From Chiloscyllium plagiosum (Eukaryota), in NCBI RefSeq assembly GCF_004010195.1, contig NC_057719.1, forward strand, positions 52,151,037-52,214,478: a DNA stretch of 63,442 nucleotides, given 5' to 3'. Below the pieces are notes generated by a model, which did no database searches, was not told where the DNA came from, and saw only the letters and a list, made by a program, of their open reading frames with translations. Positions 36,606-48,905 of the stretch are shown piece after piece. The position numbers were made by a program, and so were the translations under genes. Positions within the stretch are counted from its first letter, which is position 1; each line of letters starts with the position of its first letter.

Positions 36606-39111
36606 GATGGTGAGAAGGAGCTGGACCCAGATCAAGATCAAATTTTATACCCTGATAATCTGTGGGAAGATAAACACAATCCCAGACAAACCCCTGGGTT
36701 TTCATTCATCAGCAGAAACACCACCTGAGGAGCCTCAGGGCACACACTGCTCCTCAACATGGAAAGGCTCAGGGCTTTTTACTCACTCTCAGAATGATTC
36801 AGAGCTAAAATGCTCTTGAGAACCTGTCAGCTCCAAAGTATGCAACTTCTACTGAAGAGAGGCAGGTGCCATTGGCCACCGAGGCCCACGGTGCTTTATC
36901 ACAATGTCTTGTGTTTCCAGGAGAACCAGGCAGATGCACCAGTTCAAGCAGTCAGAGAAGTACATTCCTGAATCTGGTACATAATCAAAAATGGCCATGG
37001 GAATGGAGAATTTGAAACTGCAGATAACTGGGATTGTTGACCAGGAAGAAATCATCCTGTCAAAATGAGCATTCACATTGGAGATGGTGATCATAGAGGA
37101 AAATGCACTCATTGATAGTTTGTTGGACACCATCCCATCATCCTGAGTTGCATTTGGGAAGCACCAAAACACAAATTCCAACATGTCTCTGCTCTTGTCA
37201 GAATATGTTACACTGTAGAAAACTGACCCTGATATGCAAATCATTTGTCCACACCATACTTATCGACATACAACTCAATTCAACAATGTACACCAGCAGA
37301 TACTGTTCAAAAAACACACATCCCCTGACTCCCATTCCTGAGCAAGGTTGTGCCTTCCTCCCCGTATCATAAGGTTAATTTTAAGAGTTAAGGTACTCAA
37401 GAATGTTTATTCCAATGTAGGCTTGTGTCAATTCAATTGCTTCCTCAACTGACCAGCAGTGTGCCTTGTCCTGTACCACTACATATGGCTAAATCTGTAA
37501 TGCCAAACAGAAACAGCTGCAGAAGGAGTGACAGAAAAGAACATCCATTAGGAATTATTCATTATGATTAACTATAATTATAATTAACTAGGTAACTAAT
37601 TCACTAAGATCCCAAGTTGACCAACTATCCTGTATTTTCTATGACTATCCTGTAATATTTGTTGTTTTTCCTTGTGTCTTGAAAAATGTTTTCCCAGAAT
37701 GTGCTAAATCCTGGAATTCATCCACCTCCTCTTTTTGGAATGTGTTGGCACTCCAGTGTGTTTCTGGGGTTGGGATGAGGAGTAGCATTACCAAACTCAT
37801 TGCAGGTCGTGTCCCCAAGGTTCATCACTTCATCCCTTCCCCTTCCAGCTCAAGCTTGTCCCTGAGTAAATCAGTTTTTCAGCTTCTTCCACACTTCTGC
37901 AACTCTCACAGGTCTACCAGCAACTCCCTAAATGTTTGTCACATGTTCATCAGTGTTCCTTAATTTATTCCCTGTGAATTGGCAGTAGTGCAACCCAAAG
38001 ATGACCCAAAAAAAATCATAAGGAGTTCATTGACTAAACTTAAAAGTGGCCTTACAGAACTCCATCTCGTCGCTGACAAAGCTATTGATTGACTTTGTGA
38101 TCACGTACATATTAAATAAATAAAAATGTTGGTTGGTAACCCAACTGTCCTTTGGAAAGGATAGTCTTCACCCTAATCTGTTTCCCATTTATCAATTCTT
38201 TAACCAATGCCATAAAATATTGGCAATTAAAATAAACACAGACTACTTGTATTAGACATCAGAGAGCACATTACTCCTGGCAATACCCACTGTCTGTTTC
38301 AATTCAAACATGTACTTTGTATTGTATAAGGGAATTCAATATGAGAAGTGGCAGCTGGTTTGATACAGTCAGATATGTTCATACAAAAATGACTAAATTG
38401 ACATTTTATTCATCATTCATTAATGTACAACAGTGCAGTTAATACTTGCCCATAATATTGACTGTAAGTTGAATATTATGGTCAATATATGTATTTTATA
38501 AATTTACCAATATTGTAAAGAGTAAATTTAACTTTCATTGAAACACCAAGACTCAAATGTAAGTCACTCTGTGGTTTATTATTTTCCTAAATATTATCAG
38601 CATTATCTGCTTGCATGTGTTTTTCCATTTATTTTTAAAACATCACTGCTGTAGACATGTTCTATTTATTGGATGTGGTCATCTCGTTCTCTATAAATTT
38701 GTAATGGTAAATTGTGCTGTAAACAATGCTGTACTTTGCCATAAATCTCTCTTGTTTGTTGAAGTAACTTCTTATTGGAATTCTGGAAAGACAAGCATGA
38801 AGAATGATGTAGTTATTTCTACTGAAAACTCCAGGATTCTATGCTGTTTGTCACCATTATCAACAGTGCTCCTGTTATGTCAAAGCGGTACAGTGCACAA
38901 GAAAGGTGAAGCAGATGGATACAATGCTGTAGCGATATTTAATCACATTCTTACTGTGCAAGATTTAATCAAGTATCAAAGTTTGGGTCCCACCCCAAGT
39001 TGCAGCCAAGATTCAGTGGTACTCTTCCCTCCGAGTTAGACGGTTATCAGTTCAGGATCCACTCCAGAGAATGGTCCAATAAGAATTCAGGAAATTCTTA
39101 CTGCTGTGTTG

Positions 39112-39209
39112 AAAAGTAAACCTAATTCACTGAAATTAGGTCTGACGATTGTCATGTGTCAAAAGTAAACCTAATTCACTGAAATTAGGTCTGACGATTG
39201 TCATGTGTC
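39112..39209. repeat. Perfect 49-bp tandem duplication
   Basis: aaaagtaaacctaattcactgaaattaggtctgacgattgtcatgtgtc occurs twice in tandem. Confidence 0.95.
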
Positions 39210-39462
39210 ACATGCTCATTTAAAATGATGCAGAATACACACAACCTTTCTGCTGCAAGATCATAATCATATGGTTCTGTAGTCAACAAGGGGCTGAATG
39301 GCTATAAACTCAGACAAGGCAGGTTTGCGCAAAGCTTGAATCATTTAAAGCTTTTGTTCATTTCTTAAAGCCAGAGCTCACTGAAAGGAAAGGTGAATTC
39401 TGGTTGAAGAATGGGCTGTGAATGCTTGAAAGACAAGTAGGTTGCTGCAACAATTGCACAAA

Positions 39463-39612
39463 CATAGAAACATAGAAAACAAGAGCAGTAGTAGGCCATT
39501 CAGCCCTTTGATCCTGCTTTGCCACTTGTTCTGGTTGATAATCCAATTCAATAGCCTGTTCTTATTTTTCCTCCATATTCTTTGATCCCTTTAGCCCCAA
39601 GAGCTATATCCA
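39463..39612 (-). mobile_element. CR1 3' tail fragment
   Basis: (catagaaa)2 tail followed by gtaggccattcagccc..tttgatcccttt. Confidence 0.8.
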
Positions 39613-40354
39613 CTGAGGCACAACAAGTCAGACAGTGTGCCCCAGTGTCTCTGAATGCTGCAGTGGTGCAAGAAGTGATTGGGGTGTTAAAGGTTTTCAC
39701 CCATTAGGAACCAGGAAGCCCTGAGAAGGGAGCAGGGTTAGATAGACATGGAGATAAATTCCAGTTGTTACCAAATATCTGGTTACAATGCATAAGAAGT
39801 TAACTATCTCACATGAGTGCCCAAGGCCAATGAAATTTTCTTCATGTCATATCCTAAATGAACTGCAGCTCTCATCTCACACACCACTGCTCCATTTATT
39901 ACACTTCTGCAATCTCCTATCAACAATCTTTATCAACCACAACTCATACTTCATGTTCATTGCTTCACTTCATGCTTGCATGTTTAAGACTGCTGGAAGC
40001 TGCACATACACGATTCCACAGCCTTCCCTATCCTAGATTTGGGCTCCAGCAGTCTGACCCCTTCTGGGAAAATCCTGGTCCATTTCTCACACTCTCAACT
40101 CTGTACTTTCTCTCCTCATTGGAGAAGAAAGAGCAGAATTCTGGGGAGTGGTAGTCTAGCCCTCCACTGATAATCATTTCAAAGGCCACTGTAACAAACT
40201 CCCATGTGCTCCACATAGAATGACCTGCTGCAGAAGCCTAATTCCCCATTTACCAACAAGGACAGGTTATTCCAATTGAATTCACGCTTGTTAGGACCCT
40301 TTGTCTCACTCAGTAAAATGCTTCGCTGATTAAAGGCAATCACTCTCATCTCCT

Positions 40355-40525
40355 AAATAAAAACCGACAGAACTGCGGATGCTGTAAATCAGAAACAAAA
40401 ACAGAAATTGCCTGAAAAAGTGAGCAGTTCTGAAGAAGGATCATTCAACCTGAAATGTTAACTCTGATTTCTTTCTACAGATGGTGCCAGACCTGCCAAG
40501 CTTTTCCAGCTATTTCTGGTTTTAT
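40355..40525 (+). mobile_element. Fold-back PLE derivative (family C) with hammerhead motif
   Basis: Inverted arm, then ttctgaagaaggatcattcaacctgaaatgttaa; imperfect TSD tcactctcatctcct / tcacactcatctact. Confidence 0.75.
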
Positions 40526-40734
40526 TCACACTCATCTACTGATTGAAGTTCAACCATTCTGCCTTTGTTTGGACAAGGACTGCAGTAAGGTCTGGAACTG
40601 AATGGCAATAATGGAAGTCAAACTAACTATGGGGTAATTTTAATTCATTCACAGGATGTAGCTTCACTGACTAGACCAGCATGTATGGAATGGGATATTT
40701 CTGAGGTATTGGCAGCTGATGTTATTGCTCATGT

Positions 40735-40878
40735 TATTCATCAGGAATAGCCTGATGAGGAGTTTATGCTTGAAATGTTGCCTCTCCTGCTCTTCAGATG
40801 CTGCCTGATCATCTGTGCTTTTCCAGCACCACACTTTTTAACTCTGATCTCCAGCATTTGCAGTCCTCACTTTCTCCA
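40735..40878 (+). mobile_element. PLE family A terminus with very short fold-back at the hammerhead
   Basis: ttcatcaggaat-ag-cctgatgaggagtttatgcttgaaatg...gcagtcctcactttctcc. Confidence 0.8.
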
Positions 40879-42882
40879 AGTCAGGGTTAGCATAAAACCA
40901 AAACAGAAAACACATAATGTGGAAAAGGGCAGTGGGAAATCATAGGGTTTGGGAAGCTTAAAAAGACCAACAAGGGGCAACAAAAAAGACATAAGGAGGG
41001 AGAAGATTAAATATGTGGGTAAGCTAGTCAGTAATAAAAAGGAAGATTGTAAGAATTTCTTTACTGATATATGAAGGGCAAAAGAGACACAAAAAAATGG
41101 ACATCGGGCTGCTGGAAAATGACACTGGAGAGATAGTAATGGGGAACAAGGAAATGGCTGGGGAACTGAATAATTACTACCCATCAGTCTTCATGGTGGA
41201 AGACACAAGTAATATCACAAAAATTCAAGAGAGTGAGAAGATAGAGCTGAGTATGGTGGTCATCACCATGGAGATGGTGCTAGAAAAACTGAATGTCCTA
41301 AAGATGGATAAATCACCTGGATCAGGTGGACCACACCCCAGAGTTCTAATGGATATAGCTGAAGAAATTGTGGAGAAATTAGTGATCCTCTTTCAGGAAT
41401 TGCTAGAGTCAGGGAGGGTCACAGAGGACTTCAAATTTGTTAATGTGACACCCTGTTTAAAAAGGGAGTAAGACAAAAGACAGAAAATTACTGACTGATT
41501 AGCCTAACCTCGGTTGTATGTAAAATCCTGCAATCCATTGTGAAGGATGAGATTTCTGAATACTTGGTAGTGTATGTAAAATAGGGCAAAGTCAACATGG
41601 TGTCATCAAGGGGAGGCCATGCCTGACAAAATTTGCTAGAATTCTTTGAGGAAGTAACAAGCAGGTTAGACCAAGGAGAGCCAATGGATGTTATCTACCT
41701 GGACTGCAACAAGACCTTTGATAAGATGCAGCACAGGAGGTTATTGAGTAAGATGAGGGCCCATGGTATTCGAGGCAAGGAGCTACCATGGATAGAAGCT
41801 TGGCTGTCTGGCAGAAATCAGAGAATGGGGATAAAAGGGTCCTTTTCAGCATGACAGCTGGTGACAAGTGGTGTTCCACAAGGCTCAGTGTTGGGACCAT
41901 AACTTTTCAATTTATACGTTAATGATCTAGATGAAGGAACTGAGGGTATTCTGGCTAAGTTTTCAGATGATACAAAGATAGGTAGAGGGACAGATAGCAT
42001 TGAGGAGGTGGCGAGGCTACAGGATTTGGACAGGTTAGGACAGATGGAGGATAATGTGGAAAAGTGAAATCATGCACTGTGGTAATAAGAATATGAACAT
42101 AGATTATTTTCTAAATGGGAAGAAAATTCAGAAATCTGAAGTGCAAAAAGACTTGGGAGTTCTAGTCCAGATTCTCTCAAGGTAAACTTGCAGGTTGAGT
42201 CAGTATTTAGGAAGACAAATGCAGTGCTGGCATTTAATTTGGCAGGACTTGAATATAAAAGTAGTGACCTACTTCCGAGGCTCTGCAAAGTTCTGGCTAG
42301 GCCACATTTGGAATATTATGCACAGTTCCAGGCCCCATATCTCAGGAAGGATGGACTGGTCCTAGAACGTGGCCAGAGGACGTTCACAAGAATGGTCCAA
42401 GGAATGAAAAGCTTAACATATGAGGAACGTTTGAGGACTCTGGGGCTATATTCAATGGAGTTTAGAAGGATCGCCGGGGTGGAGGTGGGAGTGGGGTGTG
42501 GCGATGCGGGGATCTAATTGAAACTTATAGAATACTGAATGGCCTGGACAGAGTGGATTTTGGGAAGATGTTTTCATTGGTTGGAGAGACTGAGACCTGA
42601 AGCCACAGTCTTAGAGTAAAAGGAAGACCTTTCAGAACAGAAATAAGGAGAAACTTCTTTAGCCAGACAGTGGTGAATCTATGGAATTAATTGCTACAGA
42701 AGGCTGTAGAGGCCAGGTCATTGAGCATATTTAAGATGGAGATAGATAGGTTCTTGATTGTCAAGGGGATCAAAAGTTACGGTGACAAGGCAGGAGAATG
42801 AGGTTGACAAAACATTGAATTGTGGAGCAGATTTGATAGGCTGAATGGCTAAATTTATGCTCCTACATCTTATGGTCTCATG
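40879..42882 (+). mobile_element. 5'-truncated CR1 LINE (RT to 3' tail)
   Basis: MDKSPGSGGPHPRVL, LEFFEEVT..DCNKTFDK, SGVPQGSVLGP, FSDDTK, RPHLEYYAQF; tail tcttatggtctcatg. Confidence 0.92.
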
Positions 42883-42959
42883 AAATGGAATTGGACTAGC
42901 CATTTAAGTATAAGAGCTAAAAAAACAGGTTAAAATCTAGGAATCCTACAGCGAATAAC

Positions 42960-43500
42960 TTACCTCCTGCCTTCCCAAACCTTTTCCACTATTGACAAGG
43001 CACAAGTCAGGAGTGTTACGGAATACTCCTCACTTGTCTGAATGGGTGAAACTCCAACAATACTCAAGAAGCTTGACACCATCCGGAAACAAAGGTGTGT
43101 GCTTTGATTGGCACCACACTCACAAGCATCCACTCGCTCCCTCACTGACGCTTCATGGCATCAATGCTTAGCATTTACAAGATACACTGCAGAAATATAT
43201 CATTACTCCTTAGGCAGCACCTTCCAAACCAATGACTACTTCCATCTAGAAGGGCAGGATACATGGAAACGTCATCATATGCAAGATCCCCCCAAGCCAC
43301 TCATTACCTGACTTAGAAATATATTACTGTTCCATCACTACTGCTGGGAGAAAATCCAGGAATTCCCTTCCAAGGGCACTGTGGATCTATCTACAACATG
43401 TGGACCATTGCAATTCAAGAGGCAGCTCACCTCCTTCTCAAGGGCAACCAGGGTTGAATAATAAATGCTGGTGAATGTCACATCCCCTGAATGAATTAAA
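42960..43500 (+). mobile_element. 3' end of a second CR1/L2-group (Crack-like) LINE
   Basis: TIDKAQVRSVTEYSSLV*MGETPTILKKLDTI..LIG; end aataaatgctgg..cacatcccctgaatgaattaaaa. Confidence 0.7.
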
Positions 43501-46279
43501 ATGAACCCTTAGTTAGTTTGGGTTCCATCATTGCCATTCTTGCTATGTTCCTTACAGACCTATATTCCAACAGACCTTACTACAGTCCTTATCCAAACAT
43601 AGACAGAATAATTGAACTTCAGCCAGGAGATTAGAGTGGTTCTGGTTAATCAAGGTAGCATTTCATTGAGTGAGACATCAAGGTGCCCCAACACGATTGG
43701 ATTCGATTGGAACCAACCTGTTGGCAAATGTTGGTGTAGCCTCGAGCATGTGAAGCCTATGAAAACCTTGCCAAAGAATGCCCTACCTTGAACCGTGCAG
43801 ACCCAGATTTTGTCACTGGGCTGGAAGTAACTGGGGTTGTGACTTAATGGTGATTAGGGGGCAATGGGAAAGCAGTGGTAACATTCTGAGTAGAGCCCTC
43901 ATTTCCAGCCTCCTTTCTACATCTTCATTCTCAAAGCCTACCTGTGTTCTAAGAGCTGGAGAATATTTTGCAGCAACAAGTTGCTATTTCCATATACCTA
44001 TAAGCTAAGTCAGACAACTCATAACCATGGATTCTAGATTCACTGATTTCCCGAATCTCCTGACATTTGATTTACTGAATGAGGCAAGAGGACAGCAGGG
44101 TTTATCACAGCTGAGCAATAGTCTACTGATAAACGTTCAAATAGATTGATATTACAGTGGTTCTTTGCAATTGCTCAGAGGCATTCTTCTCAGAAGGTAC
44201 TTTCACCACTTTGGAAGTGATTTCCAGAGTATTGGAGCTCATTTCTGTTGTCTGTATCTCTGGCCTTGCTGTTGTGAATGTTGGCAGGTGGGACATGCTA
44301 GTATCCATAGTTAAGATGGCACCAAATTGGCTTTTAGGCAAATGCCATCAGCAGACCTGGCTGTCTCATGGAGGTTTGACCACGCACTCATGAACCAATT
44401 AAGTATGGAATGTAGGCATTTTGATATATCCTGACATGCCATTATTTTGGATATTTTAACTTGCTGCACATACCATTACCTGCTTACTATGATCATTAAA
44501 ATTGAATCCCAATTGTAAGTTACAGTATAAAGTTTTTTTTTACAAAATATGGAAATGGTTTGATTTCCATAACATTGGTATTTTTTGGAATTTGCCAGCC
44601 TCTGAAGGCAAATGAATTGTAAGAGACAGTTGGTAAAATCTGGTAATATTGGAACATTGGATTCAAAAAGATTCTCAGAGCTGAGAGAAAAAATCCAATT
44701 TTCCATTGAAGGTTTTAATAGCATGACAAGAATCTCGTTAATGTGCAGCAAGAGGCCTGCATTTCCATTTCATTAGTAACTAATCTCATCTTATTTCTAT
44801 TCGCCCATGTAGCAGCGAGAAATTAGACGGCAACGATTCCCATCGCGAAAGCCTGGTAGCTCTAGCTTGCCACTCGCTTTTCCAAAGCTTCCATCGTGAT
44901 CAGTATTTTCCAGCATTCCAGTGGATATTACACGGGCAATTATTGCCTGCAATCTTTGTCCGCAGAGGCTGGCATTGGACACCGACCAGCTTCACCACAA
45001 CCTCACGGCACATCTCCAACCCAATTAGAATACAGTTCACTACATCAATGCTGTACTTTGAAGTGCCCTAAAGTGTACAGTAAAGCTGCTGGCAGGTGGC
45101 TTTGTGTAGGAGGACATACACCTATCATATGCATTGGACCAGAGTGCAGGTCAGGGCTCTTAGCTTCCTTTCTTAGTGCTCATTTACTTTGTGTCCTATT
45201 TAAATGTCTGTCTTGCCTTGCCTTCCCTTGTCTTTTCTAATCATGCAAATATAAAGCCAGTCAGCTGATCACATTTGTATGCAATGATCAGTCAAAGGGG
45301 TAGACAAGTTGCTGTATTACACCATTCTACAGCAATGTCACACCTGCAGTCTGGAATTTATTTGGCAAGCATGCTATATGTGTTTCAATAAAATAACCAT
45401 GTGTCAAAATGTAAGGGAAGTATTTCTCAGTGAAAGTAAGGAACTGTCATCAGTGAGAGGAAATTGGCACAATTAATTCCAAGGACATTGTCCAATCTTT
45501 GGAGCTTTGACAATGCCAGTTGGCTGGTCAGAGTTGAGGTTCCATACTGTCAGAGTCCAGGGAATGGGCCACAGACAGTCCTGCAGATCAGGCAAGAATG
45601 GACAGTAAAGTACTTCAACTGATGTTTCAAATATTGTGAAGTGTAATATATGGGTGTCATTTACAATTCTTAGACATACAAAGTAAAAATTCACACAACA
45701 CCAGGTTATAGCCCAACAGGTTTATTTGAAAATACTAGCTTTTGGAGCGCTGCTCCTTCATCAGGTGGTTGTGGCGTATAAGATCGTAAGACACAGAATT
45801 TATGCCAAACGTTTACAGTGTGATGTAACTGAAATCAAATATTGAAAAGACCCGGATTGTTTGTTGAATGGGCATGTTGGTTTCAGTTCTTTCATATGTA
45901 AATTCCAGAACTTTCTTAAAGTTACATTCTCAAGTGAACTTTAACGATAGGTGCCATGTTGGCCCAGATAATGCAGTTAAGGTTTGAAGCTCCCTGTGTG
46001 AGACTGTCTGTGCTCTAATGCTCAGACTGATTCTAATCTTAAAAAAAGGATTTATGGAATCTTACGTGGATTCATGCAGTTTTGAGCAAAATAAAATGTA
46101 ATTCTGCAAGTACAAATTCACCCCACAAATGTATATGTGTGTGTGTGTGTCCATGTGGGTGTGTGTGAGTGTGAGTGTAAAGGGGTATAAGTCTGTTAGA
46201 GGGTGTGTGTGTGTACGTGTGAATGTGGGAGTGTATATGTGGGTAATGGAGAAAGTGTGTGTGTGTGTGTGAGGTTATC

Positions 46280-46653
46280 AGCCTCTGCCCAGAGGATACC
46301 ACTATTACACAAGGGGACATCACCCACTATGTACATGGCAGGTACTCATGTGACTCAGCCAATGTTGTCTATCTTATACGTTGCAGGCAAGGATGCCCGA
46401 GGCATGGTACATTGGTGAGATCGAGCAGAGGTTACAGCAACTGATGAATGGACACCGCACAACAATCGACAGACAGGAGTCTTCTCTCCCAGTTGGGGAA
46501 CACTTCACCTCGGACCTTCGGGTGACCATCTTCCAAAGCGGACTTCGAGACAGGCAACAACACGAACTGGCCGGGCAGAGGCTGATAGCCAAGTTTGATA
46601 CGCATGGGGATGGCCTCAACCAGGACCTTGGGTTCATGTCACACTACAGGTGA
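46280..46653 (+). pseudogene. PLE GIY-YIG endonuclease fragment (frameshifted)
   Basis: YSCDSANVVYLIRCRQGCP / EAWYIGEIEQRLQQLMNGHR..VGEHF..LIAKFDTHGDGLN. Confidence 0.88.
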
Positions 46654-47029
46654 CCCCACTGCACTAGACACACACACACACACATTCCTGCTGACCATCT
46701 CTCATACACAAGCTCTCTCTCATGCGCTCACCCATACACTCACACGCACCCTCTCACAGGCTTATACCCCTTTACACGCACATATACACACTCTCTCACA
46801 GACACTCATTATCTGGGCCGACATGGCACCTATCATTAAAGTTCACTTGAGAAGGTAACTTGAAGAAAGTTCTGGGACTTATGTATGAAAGAACTGAAAC
46901 CAATATGCCCATTCTAAAAGATGAGAGACTCAACAAACAATCCAGGTCTTTTTCAATATATAATTTCAGTTACATCATACTATAAACTTTTGTATGAATT
47001 CTGTGTCTTACGATCTTATACTCCACAAC

Positions 47030-47064
47030 CACCTGATGAAGGAGCAGTGGTCCGAAAGCTAGTG
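47030..47064 (+). ncRNA. Minimal hammerhead ribozyme motif (family B), core intact
   Basis: CAC-CUGAUGA-A-GGAGC(AGU)GGUCC-GAAA-GC-UA-GUG. Confidence 0.72.
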
Positions 47065-48497
47065 CTTCCAAATAAAACTGTTGGACTATAACCCGGTGTT
47101 GTGTGATTTTTAACTTTGTACACCCCAGTCCAACACCTGGCACCTCCAAATTTTAGACACACAAATAACTATTTCTTTCATTGATGTGCTCTCCTTCACA
47201 GTAAGGGATTATATTTCTTTGCTTCCTGAAATACTGACCCTAGAATATTTCTAACCTTGATTATCTTGTTACACAGAAAGGGGAAAAATCACAATGAGAT
47301 AGGTCTTCCTACTTATTCTAGCCAAATTCTTTCTTTTATTAGTGCATAAATGTTTGAGGACGAGAATGGCAGGATTAGATAGCTGTGGCACTTAAAAAAT
47401 ATAGATTTTATAATAAGGAAAGCTTTTTTTTGGTCTGGTCTGGTCAAGCACTTGGCAACAATCCCAGTGCAACTCAATAAGAAAATATTTGTGTTCTGTG
47501 CAAATGACTGCTGATCTGTCACCTTGTAAATTAATCCACACACTTCCCCAAACAACAACAACTGCTGTGCCACTGCTATTGCATTAAAATAATGAAAATT
47601 AATTGTCTAGCAATAATCAATCAGAAGATAAACTTATTGTCGCTGAAAACTAATGTGAATCTCACACATGCTTTAAGAATCTACAATGTTCCTGTCATTC
47701 TGTGCTGAAAATGCAGCTGCAACTCAATATTGAAATCTAAAGATTATTATATTAAATATCCTAATATATTTCTGAATGAAAGATTAGTTGTCAGCAGGAA
47801 TACAGTAGGTGGAATTTAACTCAAATGTTAAACATTTTGGCTGGTTGTTTGAAGTTCACTTTTGCGACATATTACATTCTCAAAATATGATTTATTTCAA
47901 TTAATGTAAGATTGTAGGTGATTGAGCAGAAAATATTCTGAAAATAGCTGTTTTGCCAAAATAATAGGTAGTGTTCAACCAGACCAAAAAAAATTGAAAA
48001 AGGCAAGTAGTTAAAATACTAGATATTCATTACAAGATTAATGTAATGCTTGTTTACTACCAGCCCAAATTAAGCCTGTCACAAGGCATAAACGAGAAAT
48101 GTTCCTTCAGAAACAGAAAGGCAAGAGAAAGAAACAGGCATACACTGCACACTGCTGAAACAATTTGCCACTCAAAGTCTAAATAGAGGTAATTATCCGA
48201 TTTGGAATATAGAACAGAGTATTCCATCAATCAGAGTATCGAGCTAAATCAGAATCTAACTACAAAGTCTGAAATGCACTGATTAGAAATGGTGTGTTGT
48301 TCAGCACATCCCCCAGCAGAGTAAACAGAACTGTGTGGGTTTGTACATGTCCTGTCACACACAGTTAATAACACACCGACTTCAAATAGAAAGTGAAATC
48401 TGTGTTTTGTGAGTAAAGACGATTAGGTGTTCTAACAGTCCATAAAATTCTTCTGCATGTGCATCTCTTGTCTGGGCGAGGCTGTCTGCAAAGTCAA

Positions 48498-48905
48498 CTA
48501 GGGCGAAAGTGAGGACTGCAGATGCTGGAGATCAGAGTCAAGGGTGTGACGCTGGAAAAGCACAGCAAGTCAGGCAGCACCTGAGGAGCAAGAGAATCGA
48601 CATTTCAGGCCAAAAACCTTCCTCAGGAATGAGGCTGTGGAATCCAAGATTGCTGCCTGACCTGCTGTGTTTTTCCAACGCCACACTCTCGACTCCAATC
48701 TCCAGCATCTGCAGTCCTCATCTTTCACTTAATTGATTTTAACCTCACTGCCGCACCTCTTCCAAGGTTGCCTACCTTGAGGAAGTTCTCCTTCTCTGTC
48801 TGCAGCCTCATTCCTGATTGAAGGGCTTTTGCCCGAAACATCAATTCTCCTGCTCCTCGGATGCTGCCTGACCTGCTGTGCTTTTCCAGCACCACACTCT
48901 CGACT
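48498..48905 (+). mobile_element. Complex PLE family A insert: one inverted and two direct terminal arms
   Basis: Inverted arm 48498-48640, direct arm 48650-48725, short internal piece, direct arm with hammerhead 48803-48905; 16-bp TSD ctgtctgcaaagtcaa at 48482-48497 and 48906-48921. Confidence 0.88.

Larger units (their letters stand above)
45683..47152 (+). mobile_element. 5'-truncated Neptune-type PLE (family B): inverted terminal repeat, GIY-YIG end, terminal repeat
   Basis: Arms ~45683-45972 and ~46807-47118 are inverted, and (GT)n/(CA)n tracts are mirrored. TSD ttagaca(t/c)acaaa at 45670-45682 and 47153-47165. Confidence 0.9.
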
